Made by a program: the position numbers and the translations under genes. Source: Mobula hypostoma (lineage: Eukaryota). From it: a stretch of 64,000 bases of DNA. Location: contig NC_086097.1 in NCBI RefSeq assembly GCF_963921235.1, forward strand, positions 39,000,001 to 39,064,000, written 5' to 3'. The notes below the pieces were generated by a model that worked only from the letters and a program-made list of their open reading frames with translations, was not told the DNA's origin and ran no database searches. Shown piece by piece: positions 1 through 13,188 of the stretch (positions are counted from its first letter, which is position 1; each line of letters starts with the position of its first letter).

Positions 1-1164
1 AGCTCCTGCCCAAACTTCAATGTATTAGCACTGAAATGCAATTAAGACCAACAAAATCATGGAACTAGAGGTACATTCATTTCTGGAGAGAGAAGTTTTT
101 CAGCTAGTTATTTCTGGCAATTTGGTCTCACCAGCAGCATCAGTATTTATTCTCCTTTACTGTTTACTCTTGAGAACTGCATTTTTTAAAACCCAGCAGT
201 CCTGGTGTTCTTGCATATATCTGTATATCATACAGTTTAATCAATATCTATGATGGTGAAGGTGTACCACTACTTTTGGAGAGAGACTTCTAAGATGCAG
301 ACAGTTATGAAGAACTAGAGCTGTCTTTATTAATCAATATGGTGTGCATTTTGGAGAGGGACATGTTCTCCTTAGTTGCAGAGGTCACAGATTTGGGAGG
401 TAATAAAGCAGCCTAGACTAGTACCTGCCATACATTTTGTAGATGGTACACTCCGCAGTCATTGTGTGCTGGTGGTTGAAAGAATTAATGTTTAGGTTTG
501 TGAGTGGTGTAGGCTGTTTTATCAAGAGCTCTTGAATATTGTTGGAGCTTTGCACAAATGAAGGTTATTTTATATTTTTGACTTGCAGAAAGTGGAAAGT
601 ATTTGAGTGGTTAGTAGGTAAGTCACTCGTTGCAGGGTATCCAGTCTCTGACCTGCTTTTGTTGCTACAGTATATATGTAACTGGTCCAGCTGAACTTCT
701 AGTCAGTGGTAATATTACGATTTTGATAGTGTGTGCTCAATGGTAATGATGCCAGTGAATATCTCCCTTAACCTTCTCAGCAATTTAAAACATAACAGAT
801 TTCTAACTTTTTCTCTATTCTAGTAAAAACTCACCAGCCTGCAACATTTATCAGGTTTCCATTTCTATACGTGCTGCCTGACCAGACTGTCTCCAACAAT
901 TTCTGTTTCTTTGTTCTCAGACTCCATCTGTAGAGTTTTTCTTTCATAGTACAGTTGTTTATAGGTTAAAAGAAATTTGGCAAAATATTGCTAATAAAGT
1001 GAAATCCCAATTTGTTAGCAATGGCACAGAAAGCAGAAGTGGTGGTGAATTGTTGCTTTTAGTACAGGAAGAAAAGACATGCTAGTATTCTATTGGTGTT
1101 AGAACTTTGGTTCTTTCAATTAACTTGACATTAATGACCAAGACATCAGTATGTAGAACATAGG

Positions 1165-1345
1165 CACAAGAAATTCTGCAGATGTTGGAAATCTTGAACA
1201 ACAAACATAAAATGCTGGAGGAACTCCAAGTCAGGCAGCATCTATGGAGGGGTCGTGATGAGACCCTGCTTAAAATGTCAGCTGCATATTTCCTGTCATA
1301 GATTCTGCCTGATCTGCTGAATTCCCCAATATTTTGTGTGTTGCT
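1165..1345. mobile_element. Older palindromic PLE 3'-end copy
   Basis: cacaagaaattctgcagatgttgg...gcagcatctatgg followed by its inverted copy ...gattctgcctgatctgctga...tgtgtgttgc. Confidence 0.65.
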
Positions 1346-1862
1346 TGGCTGCTTTCTGGGCACCATGTTTAAGGAATGATATGACAGCCTTGTCAAAGAT
1401 ACTCGAGCGATTTGTAAAAAGACATCAGGAATGATGGATTTAGTTATGTGGAAAGATGGGGAAAGCACTGTGAGTGGGTAGGACAAAGGGATTATCTCTT
1501 TGGAAGTGGTCCAGGATTGTTGTGGAGGGAAGCTGTAGGTGAACATATTTGATTGATCTTCACCCCATTGACAATCCTGGCATCACACTCCTAATTATCC
1601 TCTCTCACTGTCTCCACAACTTAAAACTGACTTGTTTTTCCCTCTCAACCTGAAATATTAACTTTTTTTTCCTTTCATATATTACTTGACCTGCTAAGTA
1701 TTTCCAGCATTTTCTGCTTTTGAGTGAATTAAAAATTGCTTCACAAGTGATTTTAATGGATTGTTGAAGTGGTATTTAAAATTCAATATAAACTTGTGTG
1801 TAATGCAAATCAAATCAAAATATAATTTCATAAAGTACTCCAAATTTTTTTATCCTTCATAG

Positions 1863-2019
1863 GTGTAGAGAACTCTCCAGGTTGCAGACTATTACATAGA
1901 GATCAAACACCTTCAGTCTTGCCTGGATCAGAGCTTATAGATCCATGTGAAGCAAGACCTTTCTCCAAACCGGATCTTGCATTATCAGAAGCTTTGAAAC
2001 TCGTATCTGATGAGGATTG
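1863..2019 (+). CDS. TOGARAM1: TOGARAM1/FAM179B internal coding exon (...ARPFSKPDLALSEALKLVSDEDW)
   Basis: AG acceptor at 1861-62 and GT donor at 2020. The peptide matches the start of the TOG3 region, and the split codon TG|G joins the next exon in frame. Confidence 0.85.
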
Positions 2020-2703
2020 GTATGGATTGAATATTTTCTTTAATATCAGTTGTTTTTGTTCTGTATTACAGTTGAATAATCTATATCAGAACAATCACAT
2101 TTTCATGTTCTGTGATAAAGCTGGTCTATGAAACCTAATTTTGCCTCTCTGAGATCAATCTTAGCTATGTCAGCAGAGTAAATTTGCTTCCCTTAATTCT
2201 GCACGATATAAAGTCTAGTTTAAAATTGATCCTATTCACTTTTTTTTAAGAAGATATGCATTTGGTTTCCTTTTTTGACATTTCAAATTCTGGATTGGTA
2301 CAGCTCCTGGAATGCTAAAGCACTTTAATGAAAATGTGTTTTTTTTTTCATGGAGATTTTATAACACTTTCACTCTCCTTTCTTGACTGCTGTAAGTTAT
2401 AAACAATTATGTGTATCTCAGTGGTTCCACTGAGAAATAACAAATTGTGTCAAGCAGCCTGAGAACTGGCATGGAATCTAATCATTGTTCTGATAAATAT
2501 GCATTTTAACATAAATATGAACTTTAAAGAAAAATGTGGGCTTTCCTCCACCCTTTCTACTCCTTAACAAGACTCTTCTTCCCTTCAGAGATAGTCCTGT
2601 TCCAGTTTTTATCATATCACTAAATATGTATAAATGTTGATTTGTATAAAGGTAACCTGAATCGAGTGTGGATGTCTAATTCACTTTCTGTACATCTTCA
2701 CAG

Positions 2704-2809
2704 GGAGAAAAAAATTGAAGGCATCAATTGTATTCGATGTTTGTCCGCACACCACATAGATGTTTTAACAGCAAGATTGCATGAGGCCGTCTTTGCTGTT
2801 GTTCAAGAG
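2704..2809 (+). CDS. TOGARAM1: TOGARAM1 exon (EKKIEGINCIRCLSAHH...AVVQE)
   Basis: cag|G acceptor and GAG|gtggtt donor; HEAT-repeat TOG domain peptide. Confidence 0.92.
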
Positions 2810-2959
2810 GTGGTTATTTTAAGCTTTGTAGCTGAGGATTTATTGACCATACTGTTGCTTTTCTATATGATATTAAAACATAACTTATAAATTGGTGTTA
2901 AAATTGGGGCTGCAGTCTGAAAATGAGTTGAAAATGTATTGGAAGGTTTGAAGCACAAG

Positions 2960-3625
2960 TGTAGTTTGTTGAAAGCAATTTCATGGGTAACAGGAGGAAG
3001 AAAAAGTTATTTAGCATGCTGCCCTTCAGTCAGGGCATTGCGTATAGGAGTTGGGACATCATTGCAGTTGTAAAAGTTATTGGTGGTGCCTCACTTGGAG
3101 TACTATGTACAGTTTTGGTCACCCTGTTATAGGAAAGATGTAGTCTAAACTGGAAAGAGTGCAGACAGGATTTATGAAGTTGTTGCCAAGACTAGAGGTC
3201 TTGCGTTATAGGGAGAGGTTAGCCGGGCTAGTTCTTTATTTGCTGGTATGTTGGAGAATGGGGCAACCCTACAAAAATGTTTAAAATTATGAGAGGTATA
3301 GATGAAGTAAGTGGTAACAATCTTCCGCAGGGTAAGGAAATCCAAACGTAAGGGCATGGATTTAAGATGAGGGGAAAGATTTAAATGTGACCTGAGGGGC
3401 AACTTTTTCATGTAGAGGTGGTGAGTATATGGAATAAACTGATAGAAGAACTGGTTGGGGTAGGTATGGTAGTATTTTTAAGAAGCACTTGGATAGGTAG
3501 ATGGAAGGGTCGGGTGTAGAAGGACATGGGCTGAATGCAGGAAATTGGGACTAGTTGGGTGGCATTATAGTTGGCACGGACTCGCTAAAGGGCCTTTATC
3601 TGCTGTTTTGCTCTATGGCTATATA
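2960..3625 (+). mobile_element. Older CR1 3' fragment
   Basis: cctcacttggagtactatgtacagttttggtcacc...aggaaagatg and the typical CR1 3' end. Confidence 0.8.
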
Positions 3626-3631
3626 TGCATT

Positions 3632-5878
3632 CTAAGGTGTAAGTTGAATCAAGAGTTAAAATTGGCATGTCACAAAGGTAATGCTACAGTTGTTATGGGG
3701 GATTTCAACATGCAGGTAGACTGGAGGAGTCAGGTTGGTACTGGACCCCAAGAAAGGGAATTTGTGGAGTCCCTCGGAGATGGATTCTTAGAACAGCTTG
3801 TACTGGAGCCTACCAGAGAGAACGCAATTCTAGATTTAGTGTTGTGCAATGAACCGGATTTGATCAGTGACCTCGAGGTAAAGGAGCCATTAGGAGGTAG
3901 TGACCATAATATAATAAGTTTTAATTTACAATTTGAGAGGGAGAAGGGAAACTCGGAAGTGTCAGTATTACAGTTGAACAAAGGGAACTATGGGGCTATG
4001 AGGGAGGAGCTGGCCAAAGTTCAATGGAACAATACCCTAGCAGGGATGACAGTGGAACAGCAATGGCAAGTATTTCTGGGAATAATGTGGAAGGTGCAGG
4101 ATCAGTTCGTTCCAAAGAGGAAGAGAGATCCTAAGGGGAGGCCATGGCTGACAAGGAAAGTAATGGACAGTATAAAAATAAAAGAGAAGAAGTATAACAT
4201 AGCAAAGACGAGTGGGAAGCCGGAGGATTGGGAAACTTTTAAAGAGCAACAGAAGGTAACTAAAAAGGCAATATGCGGAGGGAAAATTGAGGAACGAAGG
4301 TAAACTAGCCAAGAATATAAAGGAGGATAGTAAAAGCTTCTTTAGGTATGTGAAAAGAAAAAAAAATAGTTAAGGCCAAAATTGGGCCCTTGAAGACAGA
4401 AACGGATTAATTTATTATGGGGAACAAAGAAATGGCAGACGAGTTGAACAGGTACTTTGGATCTGTCTTCACTAGGGAAGACGAACAGTCTCCCAGATAT
4501 AATAGTGGCCAAAGGACCTAAGGTAATGGATGAACTGAAGGAAATTTATATTGGGCAGGAAATGGTGTTGGATAGACTGTTGGGTCTGAGGCTGATAAGT
4601 CCCCGGGACCTGATGGTCTGCATCCCAGGGTACTTAAGGAGGTATCTTTAGAAATCATGGACGCATTGGTAATCATTTTCCAATGTTCTATAGATTCAGG
4701 ATCAGTTCCTGTGGATTGGAGGGTGGCTAATGTTGTCCCTCTCTTCAAGAAGGGAGGAAGAGAGAAAACGGGGAATTATAGACCGGTTAGCTGACGTCGG
4801 TGGTGGGAAAGATGCTGGAGTCACTTATAAAAGATGAAATTATGACACATCTGGATAGCAGTAACAGGATCAGTCCGAGTCAGAATGGATTTACGAAGGG
4901 GAAATCGTGCTTGACTAATCGTCTGGATTTTTTTTGAGGACGTAACTGTGAAAATGGACAAGGGAGAGCCAGTGAATGTAGTGTACCTGGACTTTCAGAA
5001 AGCCTTTGATAAGGTCCCACAAAGGAGATTAGTGGGCAAAATTAGAGCACATGGTATTGGGGGCAGAGTACTGACATGGATTGAAAATTGGCTGGCTGAC
5101 AGAAAACAAAGAGTAGCGATTAATGGGTTTCTTTCGGAATGGCAGGCGGTGACCAATGGGGTGCCGCAGGGTTCAGTGCTGGGACTGCAGCTGTTTACGA
5201 TGTATATTAATAATTTAGATGAGGGAATTAAAAGTAACATTAGCAAATCTTCCAATGACACAAAGCTGGGAGGCAGTGTGAAACGTGAGGAGGATGTTAT
5301 GAGAATGCAGGGTGACTTGGATAGGCTGGGTGAGTGGGCAGATGCAGTTTAATGTGGATAAATGTGAGGTTATCCACTTTGGTGGTAAGAACGGGAAGGC
5401 AGATTATTATCTAAATGGAGTCAAGTTAGGAAAAGGGGAAGTAGAACGAGATCTAGGTATTCTTGTACATCAGTCACTGAAAGCAAGCATGCAAGTACAG
5501 CAGGCTATGAAGAAAGCTAATGGCATGCTGGCCTTCATATCAAGGGGAATTGGGTATAAGAGCAAAGAGGTCCTTCTGCAGCTGTACAGGGCCCTGGTGA
5601 GAACACCTGGAGTACCGTGTGCAGTTTTGGTCTCCAAATTTGAGGAAGGACATTCTTGCTATTGAGGGAGTGCAGCGTAGATTCACGAGGTTAATTCCTG
5701 GGATGGTGGGATCAAGAAAGAGATGGATAGAGCTCTTAAAGATAGCGGAATCAAAGGTTATGGGGATAAGGCAGGAACTGGATACTGATTGTGGATGGTC
5801 AGCTATGATCACAGTGAATGGCAGTGCTGGCTCAAAGGGCCGCATGGGCTACTCCTGCACCTACTGTCTATTGTCTAA
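3632..5878 (+). mobile_element. CR1 LINE ORF2 (APE-RT), frameshifted, with a (CTATTGT)-like tail
   Basis: MGDFN, LDLVL, GGSDH, YLDFQKAFDKV, GVPQGSVLG and QFNVDKCEV motifs. Confidence 0.93.
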
Positions 5879-6736
5879 AATCTGAGGCGATGTTTCAGTG
5901 GACATAAAACAAAATAGTTGCATCTTTGAAAGAATTATCTTTTAAAGTCCCCTTCTGTTTGATATCCTTTCATTTCTAACTTCTCATCAGTAAGAACAGT
6001 TAATATGCTGTTTGTAGTACCATGCTGAATTTGGATTCTGGAAAAGTAATTATTTTTAGGCATTTCCTCAGAACTGAGGATGATTTACTTGCATTCTAGC
6101 TTCATTTGCCACCTTAGTACCAATGGGAGAACTGCAGCTTCTTCCACAGATGAAGCAGGTGATGCCTGTGAGGTAGTCTGCTGCTTCTTGCTCAGGATCT
6201 CTGCACCTTCAGCATGGTGTTGAGGTTGTCAATATCATCCCGAATGTTCCCTCTCCATTTTGAGCAGTCATGGCTTAGAGAGCCCAAAAAATTTTAATTA
6301 ACTGTACAGCTCTAGAACATACGTGGCCAAATTGTACTGACATCCTGTGATCTTTGCCTGCCTACCCTTCTCCAGGCTGGGCATAGAAGGCTGAAGCTGA
6401 CTGTCTGCACCTTGGAGGGATCCAAGGAAGCTTCAGTGGTAAGTCAGGTTTGATGGTCTTGTCGTAACGGCGTCAGCTGCTCAGGCATCTCTCGCCTCAA
6501 CACCTCCCAGCCTTGCAATAAGTCTCCACGATCCAGGATTTATTTGCTTGGCAGTAGCTGAACATAGTAGTCTTTAATAAACTTCTAGCTATAACCAGCC
6601 CAATTCAGCCAACTGAGGATAAATGGATGAATGAATTCCAAGCAGACAAATAATAATATATGGGTACTTAATTTAGGAATTAAAGTTTTTAAAACTCTGC
6701 TATTTTTAGAATTCACATTTCTTTTCCTATTGCTAG

Positions 6737-6972
6737 GTGAAAAATCTACGTTCTAGTGTTTCACGAATAGCAGTGCTCTGCTTGGGAGAAATGTTCACAG
6801 CTTTAAAAAAGAATATGGATCAAGAGCTGGATATTACTGTTAAAGTCCTTCTACATAAAGCAGGTGAATCAAATGCCTTCATAAGGGAGGATGTTGACAA
6901 AACATTGAATGCAATGGCCCTCAATGCTACCCCAGCACGAGCAGTTTCATCCTTAATAAATGGTGGACTAAA
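6737..6972 (+). CDS. TOGARAM1: TOGARAM1 exon (VKNLRSSVSRIAV...LINGGL)
   Basis: tag|GTG acceptor and AA|gtaagc donor; contains the NLRS motif typical of TOG/CLASP-like domains. Confidence 0.95.
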
Positions 6973-7269
6973 GTAAGCATATATTTATTCCAGTATCAGT
7001 AATTTACAGGAGAATATTGTGCAAGCAGTTTTCTCTCACATTAGTTTTCTGATTGAATATTTGGTATTATCCTTCCTTAAAGAACAATCAAAATGTAATT
7101 TATTTTTCAGTTTTGAAATCGATTTAAATCCAGCAAGACACAGAAATAATACAATTGTGAAGCTTCTGTGAAGCAAAATGCTTGCTTGTATTTACTTCAC
7201 CTTGAAAACCTATTAAAACCTTCCTTTGCTTCTGCAGTTTTTCCTTAACACGTTTTCACTTCTTTTCAG

Positions 7270-7428
7270 CCATCTTAATACTGCAGTCAGAAAATGTACA
7301 GCACAGCATCTTGCCAATGTAGTGGAACGAATGGGAGCAGGTCGGATTTTATCTGGAATTAAAGATATAACTGATCGAGTTATACTGGCAGTGGCAAAAT
7401 TTACGCAGGATGGATCACCAGAAACTAG
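7270..7428 (+). CDS. TOGARAM1: TOGARAM1 exon (HLNTAVRKCTAQHL...QDGSPETR) with a GC donor
   Basis: ttttcag|C acceptor. The exon ends at AG|gcaaga, and AG|G-TAC-TAT-GGA gives ETRYYGRKM with the next exon. Confidence 0.9.
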
Positions 7429-7782
7429 GCAAGAAAATATATTTTAAGATGATTTAATAGAACTATCAGTGTGTGTCGCTGATTGTAAATAAGAAGCACT
7501 CTTTGTAACATGAAATCCAGAATATAGATGAGAACCAAATGGCCCACTTGGTCAGTGCTTTATATATAGAGTAAGCATTCATCTTTCAATGCTAATTATT
7601 TCCTTCAAACCTGCAAGAATATCTCTGATTGCTTTTCCTTCATGAACACATTAAATGTTCCTCTCAATGCTTCAGTCATTCCATTTGGCAACGGGTTCCA
7701 AAGAATTCCATATTTGATCTTTTGTTGCCATCTAATTTTCTTCTAAACATTCACAAATAGAAATTGACCTAATTAATTCCTT

Positions 7783-8142
7783 GCAACACACATAAAAGTT
7801 GCTGGTGAACGCAGCAGGCCAGGCAGCATCTCTAGGAAGAGGTACAGTCGACGTTTTGGGCTGAGACCCTTCGTCAGGACTAACTGAAAGAAGAGTTAGT
7901 AAGAGATTTGAAAGGAGGAGAGAGAGACCCCTCCTGTCTTCTATCATTTCGGATCTCCCCCTCCCCTTCCCACTTTCAAATCTCTTACTAGCTCTTCTTT
8001 CAGTTAGTCCTGATGAAGGGTCTTGGCCTGAAACGTCGACTGTACCTCTTCCTAGAGATGCTGCCTGGCCTGCTGCGTTCACCAGCAACTTTTATGTGTG
8101 TTGCTTGAAATTCCAGTATCTGCAGATTTCCTCGTGTTTGTG
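7783..8142. mobile_element. Palindromic PLE 3'-end insertion (arms about 7783-7914 and 7974-8105) with a 14-bp TSD
   Basis: TSD ctaattaattcctt (7769-82) and ctaatgaattcctt (8143-56); sequence is close to the tail of the 29-32 kb PLE. Confidence 0.85.
8006..8041 (+). ncRNA. Minimal hammerhead ribozyme motif with an intact core, sense to the TOGARAM1 pre-mRNA
   Basis: AGTC-CTGATGA-AGGGTCTTGGCCT-GAAA-CGTC-GACT; predicted cleavage after C8037. Confidence 0.7.
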
Positions 8143-8299
8143 CTAATGAATTCCTTCTTACTTTTGGTATCAGTCAGTTATCTTGGTTACTTTTTGATAG
8201 AAAATAATTCATACTTGCTGAACCATTCATGATTATTGCATCTTCAATTCTGGTATGTCCATATAAACCTTTGCATGTTCTTCAGTTCTCAATGTCCCT

Positions 8300-9220
8300 T
8301 TCAAAGTTCAAAGTAAATGTATTATCAAAGTACATATATGCTACCATATACTACATTGAGATTCATTTTCTTGCAGGCATTTACAGGAAAGAAATCTAGT
8401 AGAATATAATGAAAAAATTATAATTGTATAAGCAAAGACTGACAAAAACAACCAATGTGCAAAAGAAGACAAACTGTGCTAATAAAAATGACACTGAGAG
8501 CATGAGTTGTAAAGAGTCCTTGAAAGTGAGTCTGTAGGTTATAGAATCAGTTCAGAGTAGTGGTGAATAAAGTTATTCATGTCAGTTCAGGAGCCTGATG
8601 GTTGTAGGCTAATAACTGTTTCTGAGCCTGGTGGTGTGGGACCTAAGGTTTCTGTTGATAATAATGGTGAGAAAAGGGCAAGATCTGTATGGTGTGAGTC
8701 TTTGATGATGGATGCTGTTTTCTTGTGGGAGTGCTCCATGTAAATGTACTCGGTGGTGTGGAGGGCTTTGCCTGTGATGAACTGTGCTAAATTCACCACT
8801 TTCTGTAGCCTTTTCTGTATTTGGATATTGGTGTTTCCGTATCAGGCCAGGATGGAACCAGTTCGGACACTCCTACTGTGCACCTATAGGAGTTTGTCAA
8901 AGTTTTAGATGACATGCCAAATCTACGCAAACTTCTTTTTAAAAAAAAACCTGGAAGTTTCTTTGTGATGACCCTTATGTGCTGGTCCCAAAACAAATCT
9001 TCTGATATGTTAGCGCCAAGGTATTTGAAGCTGCTGACCCCCCTCCACTGCTGTTGCTCCAATGAGGACTGCCTCATGGACCTCTGCTTTTTTTCTTCAT
9101 ATAGTCAATAAACAGCTCTTTGGTTTTGCTGATGTTGAGTTAGAGGTTATTGTGGCACCATTCAACCAGATTTTCAGTCTCCATCCTGTATGCCAATTTG
9201 TCACCACCTTTGATTTGTGT
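8300..9220 (-). mobile_element. Rex1/Babar-like 3' fragment; similar copies at about 10400-11150, 21440-21810, 37230-39050, 39815-40590 and 62110-63500 (minus) and 41390-41745 (plus)
   Basis: Shared FKYLG.NISEDL, LRRFGMS and ASIIKD.HH peptides, with the aataaa-bearing tail. Confidence 0.75.
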
Positions 9221-9689
9221 ATTTTTATACATGATTTGTAAGATGAAATCAGAATTAAGTGCACATCTGATTTATAGTCTAGTTTAAGGCTGAAACATGG
9301 CTTCTATAGGGATAATAACACTCACTGAATACAGTTATTTTTGCATGGAAAATTTTTTAAAAAGAAAACTAAATTAGCTATTACTGAGTGTGAATGTTTT
9401 TACATGGATTGAAATTTAATTTTGATCCTTTTTTGGCATGTTCAAATAGATGTTTTATTTGATAAATTGCTTCCAATGATCTAACAAAATTAGGAAATAT
9501 GACTACTTGTCCGATAATCTAAATACTTGAGCATAAAAAGGAACTTTCAGATTATTACTTGATACCCTATATGACAGCTTTGTCAAACTATCTAACGCAC
9601 TTGAATTCTGAAGGTAACCTACTATCCATTGTATATTCTTAACTTTTGCAATAAAAATACTGAAATTTAATATTGTGATGCATATGCAG

Positions 9690-9816
9690 GTACTATGGAC
9701 GAAAGATGCTGTCTGTTATGATACCTCATCATGATTTTGACAGAGTACTTGAAAAGCATTTATCGCCCAGGGACCTTCCTTATATTCGAGAGACTGTCAA
9801 TAATCTCCGACAAAAG
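9690..9816 (+). CDS. TOGARAM1: TOGARAM1 exon (YYGRKMLSVMIPHHDFDRVLEKHL...NLRQK)
   Basis: gcag|G acceptor and AAG|gtacaa donor; manual translation is in frame with both neighbours. Confidence 0.92.
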
Positions 9817-9959
9817 GTACAAGAAAATTTATTTTGAAGTGCCAAGTTCTGAATTCAGTCATTAATAAGGAGCTTTTGAAATAATTTGCTTATCAAATTT
9901 TGTGGTGCTTCATCATTTTTATGTTGTTATGAATCCAATTGTATTTTTATTTCTGTAAG

Positions 9960-10072
9960 GGACTTGGAGAAATGCCATTAGATACCCCATCAGCGAAAAT
10001 TAGACGATATCCAGGTGGTGGAAGTATGCGAGCTTCATCTAGCTCCAGGGAAGTACAAAATTTAACAGGAAG
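9960..10072 (+). CDS. TOGARAM1: TOGARAM1 exon (GLGEMPLDTPSAKIRR...)
   Basis: taag|G acceptor and AG|gtattt donor; conserved GLGEMPLDTPSAK motif. Confidence 0.9.
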
Positions 10073-10227
10073 GTATTTACTTTGCACAGTTAACTATTTA
10101 CAAAAGGAGCATAGCGATGTAGTAACTGAATTTTTAGTTTAATCACTATTTCATGCAATAATTTTACATGAAAAGCAAATTATTGTAGATGCTTGGAAAC
10201 CTTTCATTGGTGAAGAATAGTTTTGGG

Positions 10228-10335
10228 CAATGTCGACTGTTTATTCATTTCCATAGATGCTGCCTGATTGGCTGAGTTCCTTCAGCATTTTGTGTGTGTT
10301 CTGGATTTCCAGCATCTGCAGAATCTGTGGTGTAA
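10228..10335 (+). mobile_element. PLE 3' tail fragment
   Basis: tgtcgactgtttattc...gatgctgcctg...ttccagcatctgcagaat. Confidence 0.65.
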
Positions 10336-11429
10336 ATGTAGAACCATTTTCTTCAATTTCCAAAAAACATTGCAGAAATCCTGGCAAACTGAAATTCAAA
10401 TGTTGAAAAGGTTCATAATCAAAGTTCAAAGTACATATATGTCACCATATACAACGCAGATAGTCACTTTCTTGCAGGCAATTGCAGTAAGTACAAGACC
10501 TACAATAAAATCATTGAAAGAGCATGCAAGACGGACAGCAACTAATGTACAAAAAAAACAACAAACGAAGCAAGTATAAAGTGAAAGAAATAATAATAAT
10601 AAATAACTAAGCAATAAATATCAAAAACATGAGATAAAGAGTCCTTGACAGTGAGTCCATTGATGGGCTGAGTGAAGTTATCCCCTCTAGTTCAAGAACC
10701 TGATGGTTGAGGGGTAATAACTGTTCTTGAACCTGGTATTGCAAGTCCTGGGGCACCTGTACTTTCTTCCTGATGGCAACAGCAAAAAGAAAGCACAGCT
10801 TTTGGGGGAGGCGGGGGAGGGGGTGGGTTCTGATGGATACTGCCTTCCTGCAACAGCATTCCGAGTAGAGGTGCTCAGTGTCGAGGAGGGCTTTATCGAT
10901 GATGGACTGGGCCATATCCACGACTTTTTTTAGCTTTTCCATACAAGGGCATTGGTGTTTCCAAACCGGGCTGTAATGCAGCTTGTCAATATAGTCTCCA
11001 CCACACATCTATAGAAGTTTGTCAAAGCTTTAGGAAACATGCCGAATCTTCACAGACTTCTAAGAAAGTAGAGGTGCTGCTGTGCTTTCTTGCAGGCTGG
11101 ACTCAGGACTGAAGTGATAATACCAAAGAATTTTAAATTGCTAACAATCTGAAGTTGAAGTGTTTTGGGGAAATTAGGTGGGAGTGAGGCAAAGAATTAA
11201 AGTGACAGGCAACAGGAAGCTGAGATAATCGTTGCGCATTGTTCAGACCATGTTCCACAGAGCAACCACACAAACTGTGTTTGGTTTCCATATGAACTAA
11301 GTAAAGAGAAATACAAATTAAGCACAGTTTAACACAGTGATATATCTGGTAGTGGCATTATTTTGAATGTATTGGAAATTATGGAAGATGTTAAATTGAC
11401 TTTGTAGGTTACAATGGGACATTGAGAGG

Positions 11430-12160
11430 AAACAGCTGGACTAAGAAGTAGCTGATGGAGTTGAATCCAGGGGAGTGAAATAATTCACTTTGGAAGATTG
11501 AATTTGAAGGCAGAATACAGGGTTAATGGCAGGATTCTTAGCAGTATGGGGAAACAGAGGAATCTTAGTTTCCATGTTCATTATATCCATCAAAGTTACT
11601 GCGCACATTGGTCTGGTTATTAATAAGGTGTATGCCAGATTTGTTGGGAGGGGATTGAGCTCAAGAACCACAAGGCAATGTTACAGAACCTCGGTTGGAA
11701 TATTGGGTTCAGTTCTCTTCACCTCATTATAGGAAAGATGTGGAAGCTGTAGAGAGGTTGCAGAGGTTTACCAGGATGCTGCATGGATTAGAGAGCACGT
11801 TTTATGAGGATAGGTTGAGCAAGCTAGGGCTTTTCTTTTTCGAGTGAAGGAGGATGAGCGGTGACTTAATAGAGGTGTACAAGATGATACAGGCGTAGAT
11901 CGAGTGCACACACAGGACAAAAATAGTTAATATGAGGGGGTATAATGTTAAAGTATTGAGAGGAAATATAGGAGGGATGTCAGAGGTATATTTTTTACTC
12001 AGTGTATGAGTGCATGGAACACACTGTGTCAGGGTTGGTTGGTGATAGAGGCAGATACATTAGGGACATTGAAGAAACTCTTAGATAGGCGCATGGATGA
12101 AGGTGGGCACAACATTGTGGGCTGAAGGGCCTGTACTGTGCTGTACTGTTCTATGATCTA
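11430..12160 (+). mobile_element. CR1 3' fragment
   Basis: CR1 C-terminal coding remnants and the gggctgaagggcctgtactgtgctgtactgttctatg tail. Confidence 0.8.
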
Positions 12161-12499
12161 TGAATTTGAGGGCTGGTATGATGGATAGTGAGGATGAGAA
12201 CATTCTGTCCTAGTTTTGGATGTTGGAAGGAGGAAAGAGAACAAAAGTACAGGACACAAAACAAAAACAGTTGAAGGCCTGGCAAATCTGGTGGAGGAGG
12301 ATCCACAATTATTTTTAAAAAAGAGCATGTAAGCATTACAGTTAAGGAAGGTAGCATCATCAGAACAAACTTGATAAAGAAGGTGAAACTAGCAAAGTTG
12401 TTGCCTTAGACACTTAAGGGAAGCAGGGTGACAGGATGTATATTCAACTTATTATTCTGTAAGATATAAGTCCAGTTGCTCTAGCTCCTATATGAGTTG

Positions 12500-12559
12500 C
12501 ATTTATTAGTATTTTACATTTACCAGAGTTACATTTATTAGTATTTTACATTTACCAGA
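12500..12559. repeat. Tandem duplication with 32-bp period (catttattagtattttacatttaccaga twice)
   Basis: Identical 28-mers at 12500-27 and 12532-59. Confidence 0.9.
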
Positions 12560-13188
12560 ATATATGATATGTTGTTTTTAAAATATTTTATTCTCTAATT
12601 TGGACTTGCATCTTTAGCTGAACTGTGCTTAAATAAGATCAAATGACAGATAATATGAAACTCCAACTCCAGACATCATAATTGGTTGGGTATCCTTGTT
12701 CTTTCTAATCTTTTGCTTAAAATAAAAACTGCTGGCTTAAATTTGGTTTATCTTATACATACTATAAATCTTGTATGTTTTATCATATTAGTCAATTTTT
12801 GTGCGGAACTATAAGAATTTAAACAAGGCTGGCATACATCTTTAATGCAGGTGAAAACAGACGAGGCACAACAACAATAGTAGATATCCCATTTAACTTT
12901 CAGAAACAATGTTTTGGAGAATGTGGACTAATGTTTAATCTCTTTTGTAGTTCTTGATTAAGCTTCTATTACATTTATTAGTCATCACTCAAGCAACCAG
13001 CAGTGGAGGTACAGTTATGCAAACTATGCACTGAAGGTGGTATTCTGAAAGGGAAATCACATGGAATCAAAACTACAGTTTCTCTTTGGAAAGAAAAGCC
13101 TTTTCTGTATGCATTTATGTATTTTAATTTCTTTCTATGAAAATCTGCCTTCAAATTTTATTTGATTGTAGATTTTAATTTGTAACAG

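Noticed and set aside
3545..4303. 252-aa ORF as a host gene
   Set aside because: It is a CR1 endonuclease/tether region fused to upstream repeat sequence.
7783..8142. Palindromes as DNA-transposon MITEs or CRISPR-like repeats
   Set aside because: The arms are asymmetric, TSDs vary from 10 to 16 bp, and the sequence is the 3' end of the coding PLE. There is no spacer array and the DNA is eukaryotic.
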